Source: a virus. From it: a DNA stretch of 64,000 nucleotides. Below, piece by piece: positions 55,072-64,000 of the stretch. The DNA lies in the IMG/VR virus record IMGVR_UViG_3300020446_000004, positions 1-64,000 of that record, one strand, 5' to 3'. The position numbers and the translations under genes were made by a program. Each line of letters opens with the position of its first letter. Within the stretch, counting starts at the first letter, position 1. The notes beneath the pieces are model-generated. The model saw only the letters and a list, made by a program, of their open reading frames with translations, was not told the DNA's origin and made no database searches.

Positions 55072-56659
55072 TGAAAAAGAATATGTGGTTGTTGTACATA
55101 GAGGAATAGATTTAGAATCATTTGATGCTGAACTTGCCGCAGAAACAGGCACGGGACCAATTCCAAACAGAGCAGTAGAAGTAGCAAATCCAAGATGGGG
55201 TTCAAAACGCATGACCCATTGGATGCTTAGTGACGCAGAAGCAGAAGAACTTACAAAAGATGAACGTGTGCTTGCAGTTGAAATACCTGCAGATCAAAGA
55301 ACAGATATACAAATTGGACTTAATGCTAGACAGACTGGAATTTGGTATAGAGGATCAAGCACAAATAACACGCACGGCAATTGGGCATTGCGTAGATGCA
55401 TAGAAGTACATAACGATCCGTTTGGAAGTGATACAATACTCACTGGTGATTACACATATCCCTTAGACGGTACAGGGATAGATTTTGTAGTACAGGATAG
55501 TGGTATACAACCTGATCATCCAGAGTTTCAAGATGCAAATGGTGTCAGTAGAGTACAACAGATAGATTGGTTATCTAACAGTGGCATCGGCGGCGAAACA
55601 CAAGATGACAACTTTTATACAGACTATGATGGCCATGGCACTCACTGTGCAGGTACAGCAGTAGGTAAAACTTTTGGATGGGCAAAAAATGCAAGAGTAT
55701 ATAGTCAAAAACTAGCAGGATTAGAAGGCTCAGGTGATCCAAACAACGGAATTAGTATAGCTAATGCTTTTGATACTATAAGAATATGGCATAACAACAA
55801 AGCAGGTGCAGATGCTAATAGGCCAACTGTAGTAAACATGAGTTGGGGATACGGCACAACAAGAACTGGTGATCCTACAGATGGTGTTTATAGAGGAACT
55901 GCTTGGACATACGGTGTTGATTATAGTGATAGAGCAAGTTTAGAGCAAGCTACAGGTGTGCCTATTATGAGGATAACATCCGGTGGTGTGCCGGTGGCGG
56001 CTAGATTAAGCATAAGGGTAGCAAGTGTTGATGCTGAAATAGAAGATATGATCGATGCAGGCATACATGTATGCATTGCCGCAGGTAATAATTATAATAA
56101 AATAGATACTGGTGCCGGTAGTGATTATGCAAATACAGTAAATTTTAGTGGCAACGTAAGCTATCATCAAGGAAGCTCGCCATATAGTACTAGAGCGTTT
56201 ATGGTAGCAAGTGTAGATAGTGCAGTAAACGGATCAGATAACGATAAACCTAGTGTGTTTTCAAGCAGAGGTCCAGGATGTAACATTTGGGCACCAGGCA
56301 GTGATATAATGAGTGCAACAAGTAACGATTATAACAGTGCAAAATTTTCTCCTATTGAATATTTTGGAGATAGTAATTTTAAGCAAATGAGTATTAGTGG
56401 CACATCAATGGCATCTCCTCAAGTAGCAGGAATTTGTTGTCTTTACTTACAAGTATTTCCTGACCTTTCTCCTGAACAACTACAACAAAGAATATTAGCA
56501 GATAGTAAAGGTGTTATGGATACAACAGGATCAGATACAGATTATGACGATACACAAAACAGTCTACTAGGACAATCAACACAGTTTTTATACACAAAAT
56601 ACAGCCAAGAAAATCCGTGGACACTTACTGGTCCTTCGAATATATCAATAGGAAGTTAA
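55064..56659 (+). CDS. Subtilisin-like serine protease (peptidase S8)
   Basis: Catalytic triad motifs VVQDSG (Asp), HGTHCAGT (His), SGTSMASPQVAG (Ser), oxyanion AAGN, and an N-terminal propeptide-like region. Confidence 0.92.
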   Translation: MASEKEYVVVVHRGIDLESFDAELAAETGTGPIPNRAVEVANPRWGSKRMTHWMLSDAEAEELTKDERVLAVEIPADQRTDIQIGLNARQTGIWYRGSSTNNTHGNWALRRCIEVHNDPFGSDTILTGDYTYPLDGTGIDFVVQDSGIQPDHPEFQDANGVSRVQQIDWLSNSGIGGETQDDNFYTDYDGHGTHCAGTAVGKTFGWAKNARVYSQKLAGLEGSGDPNNGISIANAFDTIRIWHNNKAGADANRPTVVNMSWGYGTTRTGDPTDGVYRGTAWTYGVDYSDRASLEQATGVPIMRITSGGVPVAARLSIRVASVDAEIEDMIDAGIHVCIAAGNNYNKIDTGAGSDYANTVNFSGNVSYHQGSSPYSTRAFMVASVDSAVNGSDNDKPSVFSSRGPGCNIWAPGSDIMSATSNDYNSAKFSPIEYFGDSNFKQMSISGTSMASPQVAGICCLYLQVFPDLSPEQLQQRILADSKGVMDTTGSDTDYDDTQNSLLGQSTQFLYTKYSQENPWTLTGPSNISIGS

Positions 56660-56660
56660 A

Positions 56661-59600
56661 ATGCCACGTCTGACACAATTAGCAGGACTAGTAAAAAAAT
56701 CAGCAGGTGAAATAAGTTTTGTAAATCCTTATATAGATTTTAGTAGCGGTACAGCACCTACTGCTGTTGTATCTGAAGGATCTACTATTGAAGCTTTTTT
56801 TCAAATTTATGATGGCAGTCCTCAAGCTGGTGAGACAGTAAGTTATAGCATTACAACAGGCGGTGGCTTTGTGAACTCTGCAGATATTTCGATTCCCATT
56901 ACTGGAACATGCCCAGTAACAATTAATCAATTTGGCAGAGGAGTTTTTAGTATTAATTTCGAAATTACTGAAGATATAACAACAGAAGGCGCCGAGGATT
57001 TATCAATTACATTTACATATAATTATACTAATCCTTCAACTGGTGCAGGAACTGCTCAATATGTTTATGATCTGGGAATTTCTGATACAAGCCAAACACC
57101 AGCCAATCCAACATATGTGCTTAACAGAACTACAAGTAGTGCAAATGAAGGTGAAAGTTTTACTATCTCGTTAGTAACTGCAAATGTTGCAGGCGGCACC
57201 ACAGTTCCTTACACAATTACAGGTGTGTCCAGTGCTGATATTGGCGGTGTTAGTTTGACTGGTAATTTTGTAACTGGCACAACAGACGATGTAACTTTTA
57301 ACGTAACAGCAGATGCAACAACAGAAGGTGCAGAAACATTTAGTCTTGAATTAGATAACGGTGAAGATACTATTACAGTAACAATTAATGATACTAGTTT
57401 AGATCCTACATATGCTGTCAGTGCAAGTAGGGCAAGTGTAAACGAAGGTGAAAGTTTTACTGTTAATCTTACAACAACTGATGTACAAGATGGTGTTGGA
57501 GTAGGTTATACAATAACAGGAGTATCAAGTGCAGATATTGACGGTGCCTCTCTTACAGGTAGTTTTACAGTGAGTAGCAATGCCGCAAGTCTAAATGTAA
57601 CTGTAACTGCTGACGAATCACTAGGTGAGGGTAATGAAACATTTACCCTATCTCTTAACAATGGTGAAGATGCTGTAAGTGTAGACATTGCAGATAGTAG
57701 TGTAGATACAACACCGACTTATAGTAGCTTGACGCTACAAAGTGCAAGTAGCGTAAATGAAGGGTCTGCCAGTACGTTTAGAATTACAGGTAGAAACATA
57801 GCTCAAAATACCACAATAGACGTTATACTCACAGGAGTTACAGGTACTGTAGCGGCAAACGATTTTGCTCCTGCAAGTTTAACTCGCACAGTAACATGGA
57901 CAGGTGCTAGTAATCCTATTACACAATCACAAGATTTTACAGTAACACTTGCTGAGGACGAAATCACAGAAGGTGCAGAGTCATTCAAATGTGTATTATC
58001 AGCTACAGATAGTAATGGAACAGCAACAGGTGGACTTGAATCTCCCACAGTAACAATAGGTGATACTTCACTCAGTCCAGTAATAGGACAAGTCGAATTT
58101 ACAGGACTTACAAACGGTAATGAGGCATTCAGCCCTTGGACAGTGCCTACAGATGTAACAAGTATTAGTATTGTATGTATTGGCGGTGGGGGCGGTGGAG
58201 CAGGTTGTGCAAATTCCTACGGATACGCCGGTGGTGGAGGAGGCGGAGGCGGCCTAGCATACGCGAACAACGTTTCGGTAACTCCCGGAGAAACATTAAT
58301 AGTTAGAACAGGATATGCTGGTACAGCAGGCGGAAGAGGTCAAAATGGTGGCGACGGTGGAACAAGCAGTGTAAAAAGAGGATCAACCGAGCTTTGCTCT
58401 GTCAACGGAGGCTATGGCGGTTCAGCAAGCAATGTAGGCGGTGATGGCGGTGGAGCCAATGGTACAGGAACTAGATACACTGGCGGCGCTGGCGGTAATG
58501 GCCAAAGCTATTCGCGTGGTGGAGGCGGTGGTGGTGCCGCAGGATATAGTGGTGATGGTGGTGATGCAAGAGGCGGCAATAATTTTAGTGCTGGTGAAAA
58601 CGGTTCAGGCGGCGGCGGGGGCGGTGGTGGTGCGTGTTCTACAAGCCCTGGACAGACTGGCGGCGGAGGAATACAAAATAAAGGTCAAGGATCTAATGGT
58701 GTAGGCGGAAGTTATAACCAAGATGGTAATGGTGGATCTGGAGGTGAAGCAGGACAAAATGGTATTGGTGGTGCTTTAGGTGGAGGAGGTAGTGGTACAT
58801 CTTACACTGGAAATCCTTCGCAAGGTAATGGACAACGTGGTGGAGTTGGCAGTGTAAGGATTATATATCCAGGTACAAGTAGACAATTTCCAAGCACAAG
58901 AACAGCTAACGAAGCGGCAGTTAGTGGAACATACGACTCAATAATAAGGAATGATGCAGAAATACAAGAATATCCTAGTACTTTGAACGATGCAACTGTA
59001 ACATTTACATTATCAACTTCAGATGTTCCTCAAGGTACAACAGTAGGATATAGTTTTGTAAATGTTCAAGGCACTGTGACTGCTGACGATTTTATAAACA
59101 GAGATACGCTTTTTACTATAGGCAGTGATGGAACAGCAACAGTAAGTATGCAAGCCACAGGCGACTGGGCTACTGAAGGCACAGAAATATTTAAAATACA
59201 ATTGGCGTCAACTGACAGCATAGGTAATGATACAGAAGATTTACAAAGTCCTAATGTAACAATAACAGATAATTATCCTGCTACTATTTACAACAGCATA
59301 AGTTTAGATAAGTCAAACTACAATGAAGGCGACGAAGTTACCATTTCAGTAGATTATACAAACAATACAGATAAAGCAATATCAGTTGCATATACAGTTT
59401 CAAGTAGTTCAGGATCATCAACAGATTTTGATAACACGTATGGAATATTAAATCTAATAGGAGGAACTACATACGAAGGGCCACCTTATGCTGGGACAAA
59501 AACTACAATCCTAGCAGATGCAACAACTGAAGGTGCAGAAACTATGACTGTAACTTTGAATCCTACAGATTCAAACGGTAATCCTACTAATAGTAGATCT

Positions 59601-60947
59601 GCTACTGCAACTATCAATGATACAAGTTTGACGCCAAGAGTGCCAGGACAAAGCCTTGATGGATATATTCAGCAACCTGCGTATGACGATCAAGTAGGTG
59701 GTGCAAGACCTGGAGCAGGCTGGGGAGCTGTTTTAGGCGGAGATGATGATTTTGTAGTTGTAGGAAGTTATCTTTCAGCAAGGCCAAGTAGTGCAGGCAG
59801 TTACGAGGCAGCTCATGGGCAAGTACACATTTATAATAGACAAACAAAAGCATTATTACACGTTATCGAAAATCCCCTGACAGGTTCTGCATATGCCAGT
59901 GAAAGAACTATAATGTTTGGATCGGGTGTAGGTTTAACTAAAGTAGGAAGCACATATTATCTAGCAGTGGCAGGATCTAATTTTAAGTACAACGGAGTAA
60001 GTTATTATGATCCAAGAATCTTCGTTTATAAATCAACTAACAATTGGTCAACTTACAGTCTACATAAAACTGCAAGATTAGGTACATCAGATTCAGGTAA
60101 TCCAAACACACAAAGTGAGAAAAGATTTAGAGTAGGCGGAGATTATCTAGTTTATGGATATAATAATATGTCTAATTCAGGTACTGTAAGGTATATGCAA
60201 TTAAGTTCAAATGGTACTTCAGATCTTTCAACACCAGTAGCTCAATGGGAATCATTAGCTAGTACTACTTTACAGCAATATCAAAATTTTGAAGCAGGTA
60301 GTACTGTTGATACAGATGGTACATATATATTATATGGAAGTTATGAGAGAGATTATACATCAGGCTCTAACACATATCAGAATACAGGAACAGCTCAATT
60401 AGCTTTTAATGCTAACGGTAATGGATATAGATATCACGGTGGACAAACTTATGCAGGGTCTACTACTAATTGGGCCAATTTTGAATTTGGAAAAGGTGTT
60501 GCACTAGCTGGCAACTATTATGCTGTAGCATCTGGTGGAGACGATTACAGTGGAAACATAGATGCAGGCAGAGTAAGATGTTTTCAACTATCAACAGGAG
60601 GCTTAAGAGGAACTATCAACAGACCTGTGTTTAGTCCAGGTATTTCTGGCGGTGGTGGCTCTAAATTCTATGGAGGTCAACTATCTGGAAATTCAGACGG
60701 ATACATAGCAGTGTTATGGCAAGACGTCTACGGCCAAGATAACAACACATTGCGAATATACAATGCGGCCAATGGATCATTAGTAAATACTGTTCCTCAT
60801 CCTGGAAATGTAACGTATATACCAAATGTAAATGTAGACTTGTATCATTACAATGCAATACACATTACTAAAAGCTACGTGTTTACACGAACAACACCCC
60901 TCCAAACGCAAGGAGGCTCTGCATATTGCAGGATATACATACATTAA
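56661..60947 (+). CDS. Large adhesin-like fibre protein (Calx-beta/Ig-like repeats, glycine-rich domain, C-terminal propeller-like domain)
   Basis: Repeated V.EG..F.....Y.ITG....D....D..TEG.E.F...L....V.I.DTS units; WTVP..VTSIS.VCIGGGGGG polyglycine domain. Confidence 0.8.
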   Translation: MPRLTQLAGLVKKSAGEISFVNPYIDFSSGTAPTAVVSEGSTIEAFFQIYDGSPQAGETVSYSITTGGGFVNSADISIPITGTCPVTINQFGRGVFSINFEITEDITTEGAEDLSITFTYNYTNPSTGAGTAQYVYDLGISDTSQTPANPTYVLNRTTSSANEGESFTISLVTANVAGGTTVPYTITGVSSADIGGVSLTGNFVTGTTDDVTFNVTADATTEGAETFSLELDNGEDTITVTINDTSLDPTYAVSASRASVNEGESFTVNLTTTDVQDGVGVGYTITGVSSADIDGASLTGSFTVSSNAASLNVTVTADESLGEGNETFTLSLNNGEDAVSVDIADSSVDTTPTYSSLTLQSASSVNEGSASTFRITGRNIAQNTTIDVILTGVTGTVAANDFAPASLTRTVTWTGASNPITQSQDFTVTLAEDEITEGAESFKCVLSATDSNGTATGGLESPTVTIGDTSLSPVIGQVEFTGLTNGNEAFSPWTVPTDVTSISIVCIGGGGGGAGCANSYGYAGGGGGGGGLAYANNVSVTPGETLIVRTGYAGTAGGRGQNGGDGGTSSVKRGSTELCSVNGGYGGSASNVGGDGGGANGTGTRYTGGAGGNGQSYSRGGGGGGAAGYSGDGGDARGGNNFSAGENGSGGGGGGGGACSTSPGQTGGGGIQNKGQGSNGVGGSYNQDGNGGSGGEAGQNGIGGALGGGGSGTSYTGNPSQGNGQRGGVGSVRIIYPGTSRQFPSTRTANEAAVSGTYDSIIRNDAEIQEYPSTLNDATVTFTLSTSDVPQGTTVGYSFVNVQGTVTADDFINRDTLFTIGSDGTATVSMQATGDWATEGTEIFKIQLASTDSIGNDTEDLQSPNVTITDNYPATIYNSISLDKSNYNEGDEVTISVDYTNNTDKAISVAYTVSSSSGSSTDFDNTYGILNLIGGTTYEGPPYAGTKTTILADATTEGAETMTVTLNPTDSNGNPTNSRSATATINDTSLTPRVPGQSLDGYIQQPAYDDQVGGARPGAGWGAVLGGDDDFVVVGSYLSARPSSAGSYEAAHGQVHIYNRQTKALLHVIENPLTGSAYASERTIMFGSGVGLTKVGSTYYLAVAGSNFKYNGVSYYDPRIFVYKSTNNWSTYSLHKTARLGTSDSGNPNTQSEKRFRVGGDYLVYGYNNMSNSGTVRYMQLSSNGTSDLSTPVAQWESLASTTLQQYQNFEAGSTVDTDGTYILYGSYERDYTSGSNTYQNTGTAQLAFNANGNGYRYHGGQTYAGSTTNWANFEFGKGVALAGNYYAVASGGDDYSGNIDAGRVRCFQLSTGGLRGTINRPVFSPGISGGGGSKFYGGQLSGNSDGYIAVLWQDVYGQDNNTLRIYNAANGSLVNTVPHPGNVTYIPNVNVDLYHYNAIHITKSYVFTRTTPLQTQGGSAYCRIYIH

Positions 60948-60968
60948 TAAATACAATGAGAGGTTATT

Positions 60969-61820
60969 ATGGCAATAGATTTTCCAAACACACCAGCAGT
61001 AAATGACACACATGTTGTAGGAAATATTACTTGGACATGGACTGGAAGTGCATGGGCGATATTAAGCTCTGTAGGTGGCGGTGGCGGAGTAGGTTCGCAA
61101 AATACCTTTAGTACAATAGCAGGCGATACAGGGAGTGTAGCCGCATCGAGTCCTACAGATACACTTACAATATCTGGTGGTACAGATATTTCAACTTCAG
61201 TAACTGGTTCAATGGTAGAAATAGCTTACACAGGATCCGGCGGTGGAGGTGGTGGCGGAGGTGCCACATCATTAAACGAATTATCCGACGTAAATATTTC
61301 TAACCCTCAAGACGGTGAAGTTTTAAAATATAGTGCAGGAGAATGGGCAAACGGCACAGATGCTACAGGTGGCGGTGGAGGTGGAGGTGCATCTAATTTC
61401 ACTGATCTAGGAGATGTACCAACAGGCTTGACACCTGCAAGTTTTTATGAACATGCTATTGCTACGTTAAGAGTAGATAATGTAAATGCAGATGCTTACA
61501 CATTTAATAGTCATTACAGCGGAAATAATCCTACCATTTATGTAATAAGTGGAACAACTATAGCATTTGATTTGACAAACATAGGTGGACATCCATTCCT
61601 AATACAAGACAGTACTGGTACTAATATAACATCTGGGTTGGTGCATGTAGCTACAAACGGCACAGTACTCACAGATACAAATGCACAAGGTCAATCAAGC
61701 GGAGTATTATATTGGAGGGTACCGGAAACACTAGCAAGTCCACCTAACTATAGATATCAATGTCAATCACATACAGCTATGGTTGGACCTATAACAATCA
61801 AAAGATTAAGCACCTTGTAA
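60969..61820 (+). CDS. Short fibre protein with C-terminal cupredoxin-like domain
   Basis: MAIDFP..P N-terminus, LNELSDV linker repeats, GHPF ... YRYQCQSHTAMVG; ATAAATA upstream. Confidence 0.7.
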   Translation: MAIDFPNTPAVNDTHVVGNITWTWTGSAWAILSSVGGGGGVGSQNTFSTIAGDTGSVAASSPTDTLTISGGTDISTSVTGSMVEIAYTGSGGGGGGGGATSLNELSDVNISNPQDGEVLKYSAGEWANGTDATGGGGGGGASNFTDLGDVPTGLTPASFYEHAIATLRVDNVNADAYTFNSHYSGNNPTIYVISGTTIAFDLTNIGGHPFLIQDSTGTNITSGLVHVATNGTVLTDTNAQGQSSGVLYWRVPETLASPPNYRYQCQSHTAMVGPITIKRLSTL

Positions 61821-62063
61821 AAAACTTGTCAACTTTGTTCTTATATCTGTGAGGTTAAGCACATGTTGTCTAAGTGTATGAGGGTCTATGTTACCATCAT
61901 TATTTGGAGCATGTCCTTCATTAATTATTGCTACTTGATCCTGTAAATCTTGCAATAATTCTTGGGCATGTTTTTTATTTTTTTGTATAACAATTTTTGA
62001 TATTTTACTTTGAAAATCTTGTATTTCTTCTTTGTATCTTTGAGAGTTATCAATAGTAAGCAT
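61806..62063 (-). CDS. Hypothetical protein
   Basis: 85-aa ORF, coupled to the upstream minus-strand gene. Confidence 0.6.
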   Translation of the reverse strand: MLTIDNSQRYKEEIQDFQSKISKIVIQKNKKHAQELLQDLQDQVAIINEGHAPNNDGNIDPHTLRQHVLNLTDIRTKLTSFLQGA

Positions 62064-62422
62064 TATTCTTCCTTAAGAACAGGTCTAAGTTGATAGAAGT
62101 CATCTTTTTTATCTATGTTACTTGTTTGCGTAATACTGCCTCCATCTACCATACTTTCTAAGCCAACTGGCATACAAGGAGGTACATGAAATACACTTCC
62201 TTCTTTAACTTCTTTTTCATATAACATACCATTGCTTGTGTCTATCCAAGCAATTTTAAAATTACCCGTGTTAACAAACCAAGTCTTTTCAGTTTGTTTG
62301 TGAAAATGCATAGGCAAGCCAGCGCCTACACTATCAAAAACTAAAATTTTAGAAACATAGTTTTCTGTTTTTGCCCATAATGCTTCATATCCAAAATTAC
62401 TTTTTTCTACATTTTCGCTCAT
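62063..62422 (-). CDS. Cupin-fold protein (paralog of 50853)
   Basis: GYE.LWA..E.Y.SKIL.F...G....MHFH...EKTWFV..G.F pattern; the second-motif His is not evident. Confidence 0.7.
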   Translation of the reverse strand: MSENVEKSNFGYEALWAKTENYVSKILVFDSVGAGLPMHFHKQTEKTWFVNTGNFKIAWIDTSNGMLYEKEVKEGSVFHVPPCMPVGLESMVDGGSITQTSNIDKKDDFYQLRPVLKEE

Positions 62423-62853
62423 AATAAATCCATTACTTTAAATACAGTTTCCAATTTAGTTACATTTACTTTATTACTCAGAGTATTTTTTAATCCATTA
62501 TGCAAAGGTTTAGGCCAACTTTTAAAAGTTATCCATGCATATCCGCTATGCTCTCCATTTAATGCAGGAATAAATTCTTTATCTACAACACAAAGATATG
62601 TATGAAATTGAAATTTGCTATCATTTGAAATAAATGTTTCTAGAGGAACAGTTTTTATTATATCTATTTCTCCTATTTCTTCAAATATTTCTCTACGTAA
62701 GCCTTCCCACGGTGTCTCTGCTTCTTCGTTTGTGCCGCCAACTAATCCCCAAACGTCCTTTGCACGACCTTGTGTTCTATATAATAATAAGAAACGTTTT
62801 GTAGAACGTGCATACACCAAAGCACCACTACAGATAATGGATTTACTCTTCAT
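62419..62853 (-). CDS. Nudix hydrolase
   Basis: Exact Nudix box G-TNEEA-E-TPWEGLR-RE-IF-EE-IG. Confidence 0.9.
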   Translation of the reverse strand: MKSKSIICSGALVYARSTKRFLLLYRTQGRAKDVWGLVGGTNEEAETPWEGLRREIFEEIGEIDIIKTVPLETFISNDSKFQFHTYLCVVDKEFIPALNGEHSGYAWITFKSWPKPLHNGLKNTLSNKVNVTKLETVFKVMDLL

Positions 62854-62866
62854 ACAATTAATTATC

Positions 62867-64000
62867 TTAAAAGTTTAGATACCAGGTGCCAACTGGATAT
62901 TCTCCATCATATGATAATATCCATTCATCGTTAACATATTTGTATTGTTTGCCTGTGTTAAGATTAGTAGTAAAAACTACAGTACTATCATCTTCACTAG
63001 CATCAAATACTATATGCCACTTAGAGCCGTCCCATTCGACTATGTCGTTTGCGCCTGCAACAAATTCAGTGCCGTCTGCATTTTTCCATGCATCAGGACC
63101 GTCATAAGTTGCTTCATCGACATTTTCACTTGTATTAATAGCATCTAATATTAATATTCTAGCATTACTGCCTTTTATTGCTGTTGGATTAGTTTTGTAA
63201 GGATTAATTATATAATCTATTTTGTTTCTATCACCTGACGGACCATGCATTATTGTATCAGCAGGTATTGTATCTGTGTCAAAATTTATTGACAATTCAA
63301 ATTCATCTAACGGATTTATAGTGACTGTGCCTACAATTTCATTATCTATACCATCTCTTCTAAGATGTAAATTAGTTACTCCTGCATTGAAATCAAAAGG
63401 TAATGACTTAATATATCCTGTCCAAGTTTCTGCGCCTACAACACCAGCCTTTACTAGCTTTGCTGTATTACTCATTACAAGCAATGAATAATTATCATGA
63501 CTTGTATTAATAATTGAATCTACATCTAATTTTACCATTCCTTCTGCAGCAATTTCTGCTCGTATTTGTCCTGTATTTGCAATAGCTAATCTAGTCTTTG
63601 TAGCATTTTCTGGCTTAGGTTTATCGTCGTATGCCTGGTTTGCAGGACGCGATAAATCTAAATCAATACTTCCTTGACTCTCATTAAATATACTTGTAAT
63701 TACTTGTGTGATTACTCCAAGTCTTTTAACTTTTACAGGCGGACTTATAAAAATAGGAGTGTTAAATGTTAAAGTTGCAACATCTATTTCACTATCTACG
63801 CCTACAGGAACACTTCTACTACTAAATGTTAAATTTTCTAAGTTGACTACACTCAAACTTGTCCAATCAACATAGTTGTCAGTTGTCTGTATTTCTAAAC
63901 TAGGATTGAATAACATTAGTATTTGTTCTAATATTTGTAATTTTTGATCAGTATTACTACTCCAAACGTCTACATTCACTGTTAATGTATAAGGTGTGGG
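62867..64000 (-). CDS. T4 gp15-like tail sheath stabilizer/terminator protein (5' end outside window)
   Basis: PY.L....D.W.SN.DQKLQILEQI..LFNP ... ID.ATLTF motif; the frame stays open to the window edge. Confidence 0.7.
   Translation of the reverse strand, partial: PTPYTLTVNVDVWSSNTDQKLQILEQILMLFNPSLEIQTTDNYVDWTSLSVVNLENLTFSSRSVPVGVDSEIDVATLTFNTPIFISPPVKVKRLGVITQVITSIFNESQGSIDLDLSRPANQAYDDKPKPENATKTRLAIANTGQIRAEIAAEGMVKLDVDSIINTSHDNYSLLVMSNTAKLVKAGVVGAETWTGYIKSLPFDFNAGVTNLHLRRDGIDNEIVGTVTINPLDEFELSINFDTDTIPADTIMHGPSGDRNKIDYIINPYKTNPTAIKGSNARILILDAINTSENVDEATYDGPDAWKNADGTEFVAGANDIVEWDGSKWHIVFDASEDDSTVVFTTNLNTGKQYKYVNDEWILSYDGEYPVGTWYLNF

Noticed and set aside
1-64000. Stop-codon reassignment (alternative genetic code)
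   Set aside because: Core genes translate full-length in the standard code and TAA, TAG and TGA are all used as stops.

Overview
AT-rich (roughly 35% GC by eye) segment of a large T4-like (myovirus) phage genome, probably from a marine or aquatic uncultured lineage; the host cannot be fixed from this window. Almost all of it is virion morphogenesis. In order: a structured non-coding region, a gp26-like tail/baseplate assembly gene with an apparent -1 frameshift, a tape-measure-like gene, and the head module (portal gp20, acidic core protein, protease gp21, scaffold gp22, major capsid gp23). An RNA-rich intergenic island follows, with a glnA-type glutamine riboswitch ahead of a 50-aa basic peptide and a separately promoted and terminated structured ncRNA. 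Next come about 30 kb of paralogous fibre/baseplate genes ending in three tandem Cys-rich glycine-rich fibre-tip proteins and a fibre chaperone. A 12-gene modification operon follows immediately: GT9-like heptosyltransferase, carbamoyltransferase, HldE/HldD/GmhB ADP-heptose pathway, five 2OG-Fe(II) oxygenases, a cupin and an SGNH-like protein. Then come more fibre genes with amicyanin-like copper motifs and a subtilisin protease, and a convergent minus-strand block (cupin, Nudix, gp15-like). The best candidate novel system is a phage-encoded heptosylation/carbamoylation/hydroxylation pathway physically coupled to Cys-rich tail-tip proteins. All calls come from visual motif recognition; no database searches were run.
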